From: Oscillospiraceae bacterium
GTDB taxonomy: Bacteria; Bacillota; Clostridia; Oscillospirales; Ruminococcaceae
NCBI GenBank assembly: GCA_031262245.1
Contig: JAISIJ010000212.1
Span: 1-37,955, forward strand
Length of the DNA stretch: 37,955 bases
Direction of reading: 5' to 3'
Within the stretch, counting starts at the first letter, position 1; the number at the start of each line of letters is the position of its first letter. The notes below the pieces were generated by a model. It had not been told where the DNA came from. It ran no database searches and saw only the letters and a program-made list of their open reading frames with translations. Below, piece after piece: positions 26,893-34,632 of the stretch. The position numbers were made by a program, and so were the translations under genes.

Positions 26893-27795
26893 TCAGTACA
26901 CAAACAAATTCGCACCGTAAACCAAACCCGAACCGAAACCAACCAAACAGACTTTGTCACCTCTTTTAATTCTTCCGGAAACAATCCCCTCGTTTAACGC
27001 AATGGGAATTGAAGAAGACGAAGTATTTCCGTAGTCTTCTATGGTAACAATAAATTTTGAGAGGTCAACGTTCAGATTTTTTGCCGCTGTTTCAATAATC
27101 CGCAGATTAGCTTGATGAGGAATAACCCAATCAATCTCCGAAACACTCCAACCCACATTCTCACAAGCTTTTTCAACACAAAGCGGTAAAATCTTTGTTG
27201 CAAATTTATAAACTTCCTTGCCGTTTTGTATTAATTTTCCACCATTTTGTTCGGCATAAATACACATTGCACCATCGGCATCCGCACCTAAAAATGAACC
27301 GTAAGGAGCTGTGCTGTCAGGTTCAAGCAATACAGCCGCCGCACCGTCACCGAATAACACACAGGTTGTACGGTCGGTGTAATCTACTATACCCGTCAAT
27401 TTTTCAGAAGAAATAACCAAAGCGTTTTTGTAATTATATCTTGAAACAATATCCAACGCATAGTTAAAACCCGCACAAGCCGCCGAAACATCAAAACACC
27501 TTGCATTTTTTGCCCCGATTTCCTTTGCAACCAGACAAGCCGTTGAGGGGAAATAATACTCGGGAGTTATAGTTGATACTACTATTAAATCAATATCGTC
27601 CACATTAATATCCGCCGTAACAACCCTTGCGGCTTTTCCTGCCATTTCATACATTTTTTCTTCTGCAATATGTCTTGTTTTAATACCTGTTCTTGTTCGT
27701 ATCCATTCGTCATTTGTTTCTACTATTTTGGTAAAATATTCGTTGTCTAATATCCCCTCGGGGATATATACGCCTGTTTTTTTAATCTTAAACAT
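26893..27795 (-). CDS. fabH: Beta-ketoacyl-ACP synthase III
   Basis: EWIRTRTGI, AACAGF, LFGDGA, PHQANLRI, GNTSSSS, GFGSG. Confidence 0.96.
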   Translation of the reverse strand: MFKIKKTGVYIPEGILDNEYFTKIVETNDEWIRTRTGIKTRHIAEEKMYEMAGKAARVVTADINVDDIDLIVVSTITPEYYFPSTACLVAKEIGAKNARCFDVSAACAGFNYALDIVSRYNYKNALVISSEKLTGIVDYTDRTTCVLFGDGAAAVLLEPDSTAPYGSFLGADADGAMCIYAEQNGGKLIQNGKEVYKFATKILPLCVEKACENVGWSVSEIDWVIPHQANLRIIETAAKNLNVDLSKFIVTIEDYGNTSSSSIPIALNEGIVSGRIKRGDKVCLVGFGSGLVYGANLFVY

Positions 27796-27876
27796 AATTT
27801 TCTCCGAACATTTTTTTCAGATTATTATCATATGTATTACAATCCAAAAAAATTAAAGTTTTTTTGAATATTATTA

Positions 27877-27905
27877 TTGTACATTTTCCAAAATGATGAT
27901 ATAAT
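27877..27905 (+). promoter_or_regulatory. Putative sigmaA promoter for fabD
   Basis: TTGTAC-17 nt-TATAAT with extended -10 TG. Confidence 0.7.
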
Positions 27906-27920
27906 AATATCCTACACTTT

Positions 27921-27948
27921 ATTATACCACAGAGAAAAAAATTTACAA
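27921..27948 (-). promoter_or_regulatory. Putative sigmaA promoter for fabH
   Basis: Minus strand TTGTAA-16 nt-TATAAT with extended -10 TG. Confidence 0.65.
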
Positions 27949-27964
27949 TGATTTTGAGGAAAAA

Positions 27965-28804
27965 ATGAAGATTTTCTTATTTCCCGGTCAAGGCACTCAA
28001 AAAGCCGGTATGGAAAGGCTTTTATTGGCTGCTTATCCGGATTTAGCATATATTTACAATATCGGTTCGGAAATTTTAGGATATGATTTGCGTGGATTAA
28101 CAGACGAAGATTTAACACATACAAAATACGCCCAACCGGCAATATTTGCCTGTTCTGTCACTTCCTTCAAAAGCCGCGAGGCAATGGGAGATATTGCATT
28201 TAAGCCTTTTGCTGTTGCCGGACATTCCCTCGGCGAATTTTCCGCAATGGTTGCAAGTGAGGTTTTAACTCTTGAAGACGGATTCAAAGTTATAAAGGCT
28301 CGTGCAGAGGCTATGGAAAAATGTGCAGAGCAAACAAAAGGTGCAATGGTTGCGGTCTTAAAACTCCCTGTTGAAACTATCGAAACAGTTTGCAATGAAA
28401 CAGAAGGCTTTGTCACCATAGCAAATTACAACTCCGACAATCAAACAGTTATTGCCGGCGAAGTTGCCGCTGTCAATCTTGCAAGCGAAAAACTCAAAGA
28501 ATTAAAAGGGCGTTGTGTTCCGCTGAAAACCGCCGGAGCATTTCACACTAAACTAATGCAACCGGCGGCAGATGAATATCTGACAAAAATCGACAACATC
28601 ACTTTTAATAACCCCACTTGCGAATTTTACTCTAACGTTACAGGCAAAAAGCTTTCAGACTTCACCGATTTCAAAGCCCTCACCGCTAAACACATTGTTT
28701 CACCTGTACGTTTTGCTCAAGAAGTTAAAGCTTTCAAAAAAGACGGTTGTGACGAGTTTTTTGAATGTGAACCCAGCGGTGTATTAACAAAGTTAATACA
28801 ATGA
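27965..28804 (+). CDS. fabD: Malonyl-CoA:ACP transacylase
   Basis: FPGQG, QPAI, GHSLGE, ANYNS, GAFH, SPVRF. Confidence 0.96.
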   Translation: MKIFLFPGQGTQKAGMERLLLAAYPDLAYIYNIGSEILGYDLRGLTDEDLTHTKYAQPAIFACSVTSFKSREAMGDIAFKPFAVAGHSLGEFSAMVASEVLTLEDGFKVIKARAEAMEKCAEQTKGAMVAVLKLPVETIETVCNETEGFVTIANYNSDNQTVIAGEVAAVNLASEKLKELKGRCVPLKTAGAFHTKLMQPAADEYLTKIDNITFNNPTCEFYSNVTGKKLSDFTDFKALTAKHIVSPVRFAQEVKAFKKDGCDEFFECEPSGVLTKLIQ

Positions 28805-28921
28805 ATAATTAGTAATGAATAATGAGTAATTAAATTATTTAATTTTCTAATTACTAATTATTTAATTATAATTATTAATTACTAATTTCTAATTACTAAT
28901 TATTTTTGTTCCACGTGGAAC
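28781..28921. repeat. Family B element spanning the fabD stop, closed on the right by the parS palindrome
   Basis: gtattaac-aaa-gttaatac then aatgaat aattagt aatgaat aatgagt; inverted ...tctaattactaattatt; then gttccacgtggaac. Confidence 0.82.
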
Positions 28922-28922
28922 A
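28907..28922. promoter_or_regulatory. parS: parS site (ParB/Spo0J binding)
   Basis: Perfect palindrome TGTTCCACGTGGAACA. Confidence 0.85.
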
Positions 28923-29158
28923 CAGGCAATGCCTGTTCTATTTCGTGATTATGTTTAACTTGAACTTTATTTTAACTCACACGGGCGATTATATTTAACT
29001 TACCATTCCATTTAACGTACACGGGCGATTATTTTAACTTACCATTCCATTTAACGTACACGGGCAATTATATTTAACTTACCATTGCATTTAACGTACA
29101 CGGGCGATTATATTTAACTTACCATTCCATTTAACGTACACCGGCGATTATTTTAACT
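28922..29158 (+). repeat. Family C unit followed by a 39-40-bp tandem array (4 full copies and 1 partial, 28981-29158)
   Basis: acaggc-aat-gcctgt, tatttcgtgattat...cac, then acgggcgattatatttaacttaccattccatttaacgtac repeated with no spacers. Confidence 0.95.
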
Positions 29159-29196
29159 GTTTTTTTAAAATATGAATTATAGGATAAAACAACTAT

Positions 29197-30030
29197 ATGG
29201 AGAAATTTACTTTAATAGGACATCCTTTAGGACATTCTATTTCACCGTTAATACACAATATGCTTTTTAAGTTCAGAAATAGAGATGCCGAATACACATT
29301 AACAGATATAACAAAACTCTCTGCAGAGGTTCTCAGAGAGTTCAGGGGATTTAATGTTACTATCCCTTACAAGAAAAAGGTTATGTCTTATCTTGACGAT
29401 ATATCTAATGTTGCCGATATAGGTTCGGTCAACTGTGTAAATAATACTAACGACTTGCTTTACGGATATAATACCGATGTTTTCGGTTTTTTAAAGAGTA
29501 TCCCTCATAATATCTGCAAAGGTGAGATTTTGCTTTTCGGTTTCGGCGGTGCCGGAATAATGGTTGCAAACGAAGTCGAAAAAGCCAAAGGCACTCTCAC
29601 TGTTGTTTGCCGTGAAAACGGTACGTCTATCACCGAGGCGAGAATGTATTGCAGAAATAAATGCCGTATGACGGTTTATTCCCTTGAGGAATTTAAACCG
29701 ACACATTTTGAACGCTTTAATCTCCTTGTCAATGCCACTCCCTTGGGTATGTATCCCGATATTGACGAGTGTCCTGCCACAGAGGAAGTTATTAAAAATT
29801 CAGATTTTGTCTTTGACGCTGTTTATAATCCTATTAAAACAAAACTTCTTAAAACAGCAACAAAATTCTCTGTTCCCAATGTTTCGGGTTTGAAAATGTT
29901 GATATATCAAGCCGCTCAATCACACCAAATTTGGCATAATGACACTTACACCGAAACGGAATTATACAGAATACAAACGGAATGTGAAAAAGCGTTAAGC
30001 AATTTTCAGAATCCGGCACTTAACGTATGA
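29197..30030 (+). CDS. aroE: Shikimate dehydrogenase
   Basis: GHPLGHSISP, NVTIPYK, GYNTD, NATPLGM, DAVYNP, GLKMLIYQA. Confidence 0.95.
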   Translation: MEKFTLIGHPLGHSISPLIHNMLFKFRNRDAEYTLTDITKLSAEVLREFRGFNVTIPYKKKVMSYLDDISNVADIGSVNCVNNTNDLLYGYNTDVFGFLKSIPHNICKGEILLFGFGGAGIMVANEVEKAKGTLTVVCRENGTSITEARMYCRNKCRMTVYSLEEFKPTHFERFNLLVNATPLGMYPDIDECPATEEVIKNSDFVFDAVYNPIKTKLLKTATKFSVPNVSGLKMLIYQAAQSHQIWHNDTYTETELYRIQTECEKALSNFQNPALNV

Positions 30031-30542
30031 AAAAAAATATTTATCTGACAGGATTTATGGGTTGCGGCAAAACAACCATAGGTAATTATCTTTCAAAAAA
30101 AATCGGGCGAGATTTTCTTGACCTCGACAATTTTATAGTGCAAAAAGAAAATCGTTCTATTGAGAATATTTTTGAAACTGACGGTGAGGAGTATTTTCGT
30201 AAAGCCGAAACAGATTATCTCAAAGAGATTTCAACACTTTCAACAAAAAGAGATAGGGTTATCGGTCTAGGCGGTGGGACAATACTCTCTGACAAAAACG
30301 CTGGTATTTGCAAAAAAAACGGAGTTATCATTTTTTTGGAACTCTCTTTTGAACAATCTTATGAACGCATTAAATACAGCCGCCGTCCTCTTGTTATGAA
30401 TAATTCCAAAGCCGCATTAGAAGAAATTTATAATAAGCGGTTGCCGGTTTATCAGAAAAATGCTCATTTTTCTGTTAATGCCGATAACGGTCCCTTTGTT
30501 ATAGTCAGAGAATTAAAGCGTTATTTACAGGGGATAATATAA
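30027..30542 (+). CDS. aroK: Shikimate kinase
   Basis: GFMGCGKTT, DLD, GEEYFR, LGGG, RPL; ATGA overlap with aroE. Confidence 0.95.
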   Translation: MKKNIYLTGFMGCGKTTIGNYLSKKIGRDFLDLDNFIVQKENRSIENIFETDGEEYFRKAETDYLKEISTLSTKRDRVIGLGGGTILSDKNAGICKKNGVIIFLELSFEQSYERIKYSRRPLVMNNSKAALEEIYNKRLPVYQKNAHFSVNADNGPFVIVRELKRYLQGII

Positions 30543-30563
30543 ATGCAAAAAAGGTGAATAAAA

Positions 30564-30749
30564 ATGGAAGATTTAAATGAACGATTCCGTCTCATAAAAA
30601 GCGGAAAATTTGCAATGTCAGGCTACGAAATTATTATTGATAAAGTTACAGGTGTTAATTATTTATTTAGATTTAACGGATATTCAGGAGGATTGACTGT
30701 TTTAGTTGACGAAAATGGGAAACCTATTGTTACAGAAAAAACATATTAA
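30564..30749 (+). CDS. DUF6440-like small protein
   Basis: AAGGTGA RBS; IIDKVTGVNYL...GGLTVLVDENGKP. Confidence 0.8.
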   Translation: MEDLNERFRLIKSGKFAMSGYEIIIDKVTGVNYLFRFNGYSGGLTVLVDENGKPIVTEKTY

Positions 30750-30792
30750 CGGTCATTACAAAATAAATACAAACAAAAAAGGGTGAATTAAA

Positions 30793-32001
30793 ATAAAAAT
30801 TTATAATGCACAGATATATACTATGGCTGATACTCCGTTTGAGGGTTGGATTGAGTTTGAAGACAAAATCATAGATATGGGGGAGGGTAAACCTGCTGAG
30901 ATTTTCCCTGCCGATATTAACGCTATGGGCGGCGTTATTATTCCCGGTTTTATTGATGCACATACACATATCGGCATTATTGAAAGCGGTTTGGGCTTTG
31001 AGGGTGACGATTGTAATGAAGCGACAGACCCTTTTACACCTAATCTTCGAGTGATTGACGGTATAAATCCTATGGATAAATACTGGGATTTAGCAAGAGC
31101 ACAAGGCATTACAACAGTTGCAATTGCTCCCGGTTCTGCTAATCCTGTGGGAGGACGTATCATTGCCGCAAAAACAACAGGGGGTGTTTTTTCACCCGAT
31201 TGTAAAAAATCTCGCCGCATTGACGATATGTACCTTGCAACTGTGGGAATAAAATTTGCTTTAGGCGAAAATCCGAAAGCGGTTTACAACGAACGCAGTA
31301 CAACCCCCATTACCCGTATGGCTGTTGCAATGGTTATTCGTGAGGGTTTGGATAAAGCAAAGCATTATATGGAACAATATGATAAACACAAAGCCGACCC
31401 CGAAGAGAACGAAAAACCCGAGTTTGATTCAAAATCCCACGCTCTCCTCCCGATTTTACGCCGTGAACAAAAAGCACATTTCCATTGTCACCGTGCCGAC
31501 GATATTTTTACTGCTTTGCGTATCTCAAAAGAATTCAACCTCGACCCTGTTTTGGTGCACGCAACCGAGGGATATATGATTGCTGATATTTTAGCCAATG
31601 AATCTACTCCCGGCGGTACTGTTTCGGCAATTGTAGGGCCTTTGCTTTGCGACAGTTCCAAGCCCGAGCTTGAACATCAAGACCTTTGCAATGCAAATAC
31701 ACTTCTGAAGAACGGCATAAAAGTTGCACTCTGCACCGACCACCCCGAAACCCCCATACACTATCTTTCCCTTACTGCCGCCGCTGCAATGAAAGGCGGA
31801 ATGGTTTTTGATAATGCAATGCGTTGTGTAACTGTCAACGCCGCTAAAATCTTAGGCATTGATGACAGAGTAGGTTCTCTCAAAATCGGTATGGACGCAG
31901 ACCTCCAACTCTATGACGGTTATGAACTCTTCGGTATGTTCTCTAAACCCGAAAAAGTATTTATAGGCGGGCAGGCAATGCCCGCAGATATTTGCGGGTA
32001 A
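30793..32001 (+). CDS. Metal-dependent amidohydrolase; probable non-canonical ATA start at 30793 (first ATG at 30823)
   Basis: PGFIDAHTHIG, KFALGENPK, HCHRADDI, TDHP, VGSLKIGMDAD; in-frame upstream KIYNAQIYT. Confidence 0.9.
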   Translation: MKIYNAQIYTMADTPFEGWIEFEDKIIDMGEGKPAEIFPADINAMGGVIIPGFIDAHTHIGIIESGLGFEGDDCNEATDPFTPNLRVIDGINPMDKYWDLARAQGITTVAIAPGSANPVGGRIIAAKTTGGVFSPDCKKSRRIDDMYLATVGIKFALGENPKAVYNERSTTPITRMAVAMVIREGLDKAKHYMEQYDKHKADPEENEKPEFDSKSHALLPILRREQKAHFHCHRADDIFTALRISKEFNLDPVLVHATEGYMIADILANESTPGGTVSAIVGPLLCDSSKPELEHQDLCNANTLLKNGIKVALCTDHPETPIHYLSLTAAAAMKGGMVFDNAMRCVTVNAAKILGIDDRVGSLKIGMDADLQLYDGYELFGMFSKPEKVFIGGQAMPADICG

Positions 32002-32070
32002 CACCCGCTGGTATTTCGTGATTATGTTTAACTCAATATTGATTTTAACGCACACGGGCGATTATTTTAA
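31967..32070 (+). repeat. Family C unit overlapping the amidohydrolase 3' end
   Basis: ggcaatgcccgc, gcgggt-aac-acccgc (contains the stop), tatttcgtgattat...cacacgggcgattat. Confidence 0.9.
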
Positions 32071-32092
32071 GAAACTTTAAGAGGTGAATTAT

Positions 32093-32335
32093 ATGACTAC
32101 TTTAAGTATATCCTTTGACAACAAATTAGTTAAAAAAATATTAGACAAAGTAGAGGAATTAAATATTGACATTGACACCTATTTTGCTGAATTAGCAGAA
32201 AAATCTCTGAAAAATGAAACCGTAGGTTTTCGTCAAGGCAATCCTCGACAAGAACGACACGGAATTTTCAAAGACCGTATTAAAACAGAAGATAATTTTA
32301 ATGACCCTTTGGATTGTCTTAAGGAGTATATGTAA
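32093..32335 (+). CDS. Orphan DUF2281-like putative antitoxin; start ATG at 32093
   Basis: GAGGTG RBS; RHH-like N-terminus; C-terminal RHGIFKDRIKTEDNFNDPLDCLKEYM. Confidence 0.72.
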   Translation: MTTLSISFDNKLVKKILDKVEELNIDIDTYFAELAEKSLKNETVGFRQGNPRQERHGIFKDRIKTEDNFNDPLDCLKEYM

Positions 32336-32336
32336 T

Positions 32337-32556
32337 CGGGCAATGCCCGCAAATATTTCGTGATTATATTTAACTTAATATTGATTTTAACGCACACGGG
32401 CGATTATGTTAACCAAAGATAAAAAATAATTGTTCCACGTGGAACAATCTCATCTAAATATTTAACAACAATATTCGCCCGTGTAGTAAAACGAAAAACC
32501 AAATAAAATAAAGCCACGAAAATAAGTGGGCATTGCCCACTTCCACGTGGAACAAT
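32337..32556. repeat. Family C array: forward unit, parS, inverted unit, parS-like
   Basis: cgggcaatgcccgc...cacacgggcgattat; parS 32431-32446; atattcgcccgtgt...cacgaaaata-gtgggcattgcccac; acttccacgtggaaca 32539-32554. Confidence 0.92.
32431..32446. promoter_or_regulatory. parS: parS site
   Basis: TGTTCCACGTGGAACA. Confidence 0.85.
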
Positions 32557-32615
32557 AATTATATAAGTATTTAAATAAAACTATAAAGTAGAAGTAAAAC
32601 CGTGAAAGGAAAAAT

Positions 32616-33515
32616 ATGAACACTAAAATAACTGAATTATTAAATATAAAGTACCCTATCATTCAAGGCGGGATGGCTTGGGTTGCAGAATCAAAACTTG
32701 CCGCCGCTGTTTCTAATGCCGGCGGACTTGGTTTAATTGCCGGAGGTTCTGCTCCCATTGACTATCTTCGTGAACAAATCAGAGAATGTCGCAAACTTAC
32801 AGATAAACCTTTCGGTGTTAATATTATGCTTATGTCACCCAATGCCGACGATTTAGCAAAATTAATTATTGAAGAAAATGTACCTGTGGTTACAACAGGT
32901 GCCGGTAACCCAACTAAATATGCGGAAGATTGGAAAAAAGCCGGTGTGAAAATTATCCCTGTAATTCCGTCTGTGGCTTTGGCGAAACGTATGGAACGTG
33001 TCGGAGCTGATGCAGTTATAGCAGAGGGAACGGAGAGCGGCGGGCATATCGGCGAAATTACAACTATGTGTCTTGTGCCGCAAGTCGTTGACGCTGTTTC
33101 AATTCCTGTAATCGCCGCCGGAGGTATTGCTGATAAGAGAGGTGTTAATGCCGCTTTTGCGTTGGGTGCAGATGGAGTTCAATGCGGCACAATTTTCCTT
33201 GCAAGTGAAGAAGTTCAAATTCACGAAAATTATAAAAATCTTGTTTTAAAAGCAAAAGATACCGACAGCATTGTAACAGGAAGATTTACAGGACACCCTT
33301 GCAGAGGTGTTAAAACTGCTTTTGCAAAGTCACTTTTAGACTTTGAACGCAACGGCGGCACTCCCGAAGAATTTGAAGAAATAACCCTCGGTTCGCTCCG
33401 AAAGGCTGTTCAGGACGGTAACCTTGACGAAGGTTCATTCCTCTGCGGTGCTATCGCCGGGCTTATTAAAGAAGTTAAGTCTTGTAAAGAGATAGTTGAA
33501 AGTTTATTTGTCTAG
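32616..33515 (+). CDS. fabK: Enoyl-ACP reductase II
   Basis: YPIIQGGMAW, KPFGVN, AEGTESGGHIG, AAGGIAD, GVQCGTIF. Confidence 0.93.
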   Translation: MNTKITELLNIKYPIIQGGMAWVAESKLAAAVSNAGGLGLIAGGSAPIDYLREQIRECRKLTDKPFGVNIMLMSPNADDLAKLIIEENVPVVTTGAGNPTKYAEDWKKAGVKIIPVIPSVALAKRMERVGADAVIAEGTESGGHIGEITTMCLVPQVVDAVSIPVIAAGGIADKRGVNAAFALGADGVQCGTIFLASEEVQIHENYKNLVLKAKDTDSIVTGRFTGHPCRGVKTAFAKSLLDFERNGGTPEEFEEITLGSLRKAVQDGNLDEGSFLCGAIAGLIKEVKSCKEIVESLFV

Positions 33516-33820
33516 CGGGTAACACCCGCTGGGTATTTCGTGATTATCTTAACCCAATATTGATTTTAACGCACACGGCGGACAATGCCCGCAAATATTT
33601 CGTGATTATATTTTAACTAAATTGTTATTAATAACGCACACGGGCGATTATGTTAACCAAAGATAAAAAACAATGTTCCACGTGGAACAATATTCGCCCG
33701 TGTAGTAAAAAGAAAAAACAAATAAAATAAAGCCGCGAAACATATGTGGGCATTGCCCACTTCCACGTGGAACAATATTCGCCCGTGTAGTAAAACGAAA
33801 AACCAAATAAAAATAAGCCC
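33515..33820. repeat. Family C array: two forward units, parS, inverted unit, parS-like, inverted unit
   Basis: Collinear with 31994-32556 minus the antitoxin gene; parS 33674-33689, parS-like 33759-33774. Confidence 0.93.
33674..33689. promoter_or_regulatory. parS: parS site
   Basis: TGTTCCACGTGGAACA. Confidence 0.85.
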
Positions 33821-33834
33821 AAGGAGGTAAAAGA

Positions 33835-34563
33835 ATGAAAGCAATAATTACCGGTTCAGCGAGAGGGATAGGTGCTGCTATCGCCTTGAAACTTGCAGAG
33901 GACGGATATAATATTATACTAAATGACGTAAGCGAAAAGGCTTTTGAAAATAATGATATTGTACAAAAAATAAAGAGTTTCGGTGTTGATTGTCATATCA
34001 AAATAGCTGACGTTTCCGATTACGAGGCTTGCGAACAAATGGCAAGTGAGATTAAAGCTATCGGTTCGATAGATGTTCTTGTGAATAATGCCGGGATAAC
34101 TCGTGACGGTTTGCTGGCTCGTATGAGTGAAGAACTCTATGATATGGTTATAAATATCAATCAAAAATCTGTTTTTAATATGACAAAACATATCGGAAAT
34201 ATTATGTTAAGACAAAAAAGCGGTTGCATTATCAATGTTACAAGTGTTGCGGGGCTTTACGGCAATGCCGGTCAATTTAATTATTCAGCCTCAAAAGGTG
34301 CTTTGATTGCAATGACAAAAACCACTGCGAAAGAGTTAGGCGGTCGTGGTATACGCTGTAATGCAGTTGCTCCCGGATTTATCCGCACACCTATGACTGA
34401 CAAACTCACTCCCGAGCAACAGGCAGAAATGCTTAAGGCAATTGCTTTAAAAAGATATGGTGAGCCTGATGAAGTTGCTAACGTTGTCGCTTTTCTGTGT
34501 TCTGAAAAAGCAAGCTATATCACAGGACAAATTATCGAGATTTCCGGCGGACTTTCAATGTAA
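33835..34563 (+). CDS. fabG: 3-oxoacyl-ACP reductase
   Basis: TGSARGIG, NNAGITRD, GNAGQFNYSASK, NAVAPGFI.T.MT. Confidence 0.95.
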   Translation: MKAIITGSARGIGAAIALKLAEDGYNIILNDVSEKAFENNDIVQKIKSFGVDCHIKIADVSDYEACEQMASEIKAIGSIDVLVNNAGITRDGLLARMSEELYDMVININQKSVFNMTKHIGNIMLRQKSGCIINVTSVAGLYGNAGQFNYSASKGALIAMTKTTAKELGGRGIRCNAVAPGFIRTPMTDKLTPEQQAEMLKAIALKRYGEPDEVANVVAFLCSEKASYITGQIIEISGGLSM

Positions 34564-34632
34564 ATTTATCTGCATTTAAACAAAATTCATTTCACAAATG
34601 AAAAATGAATTGTTTTTCCAAGGAGGAAAATT

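Noticed and set aside
27796-27964. Replication origin at the gene-strand switch near the parS cluster
   Set aside because: No dnaA and no DnaA-box cluster seen; by eye the plus strand stays C-rich on both sides (not computed); explained by divergent promoters.
28981-29158. CRISPR array
   Set aside because: Units are head-to-tail with no unique spacers, and there are no cas genes in the window.
32462-33844. Short minus-strand ORFs 32462-32662, 33628-33822 and 33653-33844 sharing CSTWKWAMPTY or FHVEH-like peptides
   Set aside because: Translations of the repeat and parS DNA, with no convincing RBS.
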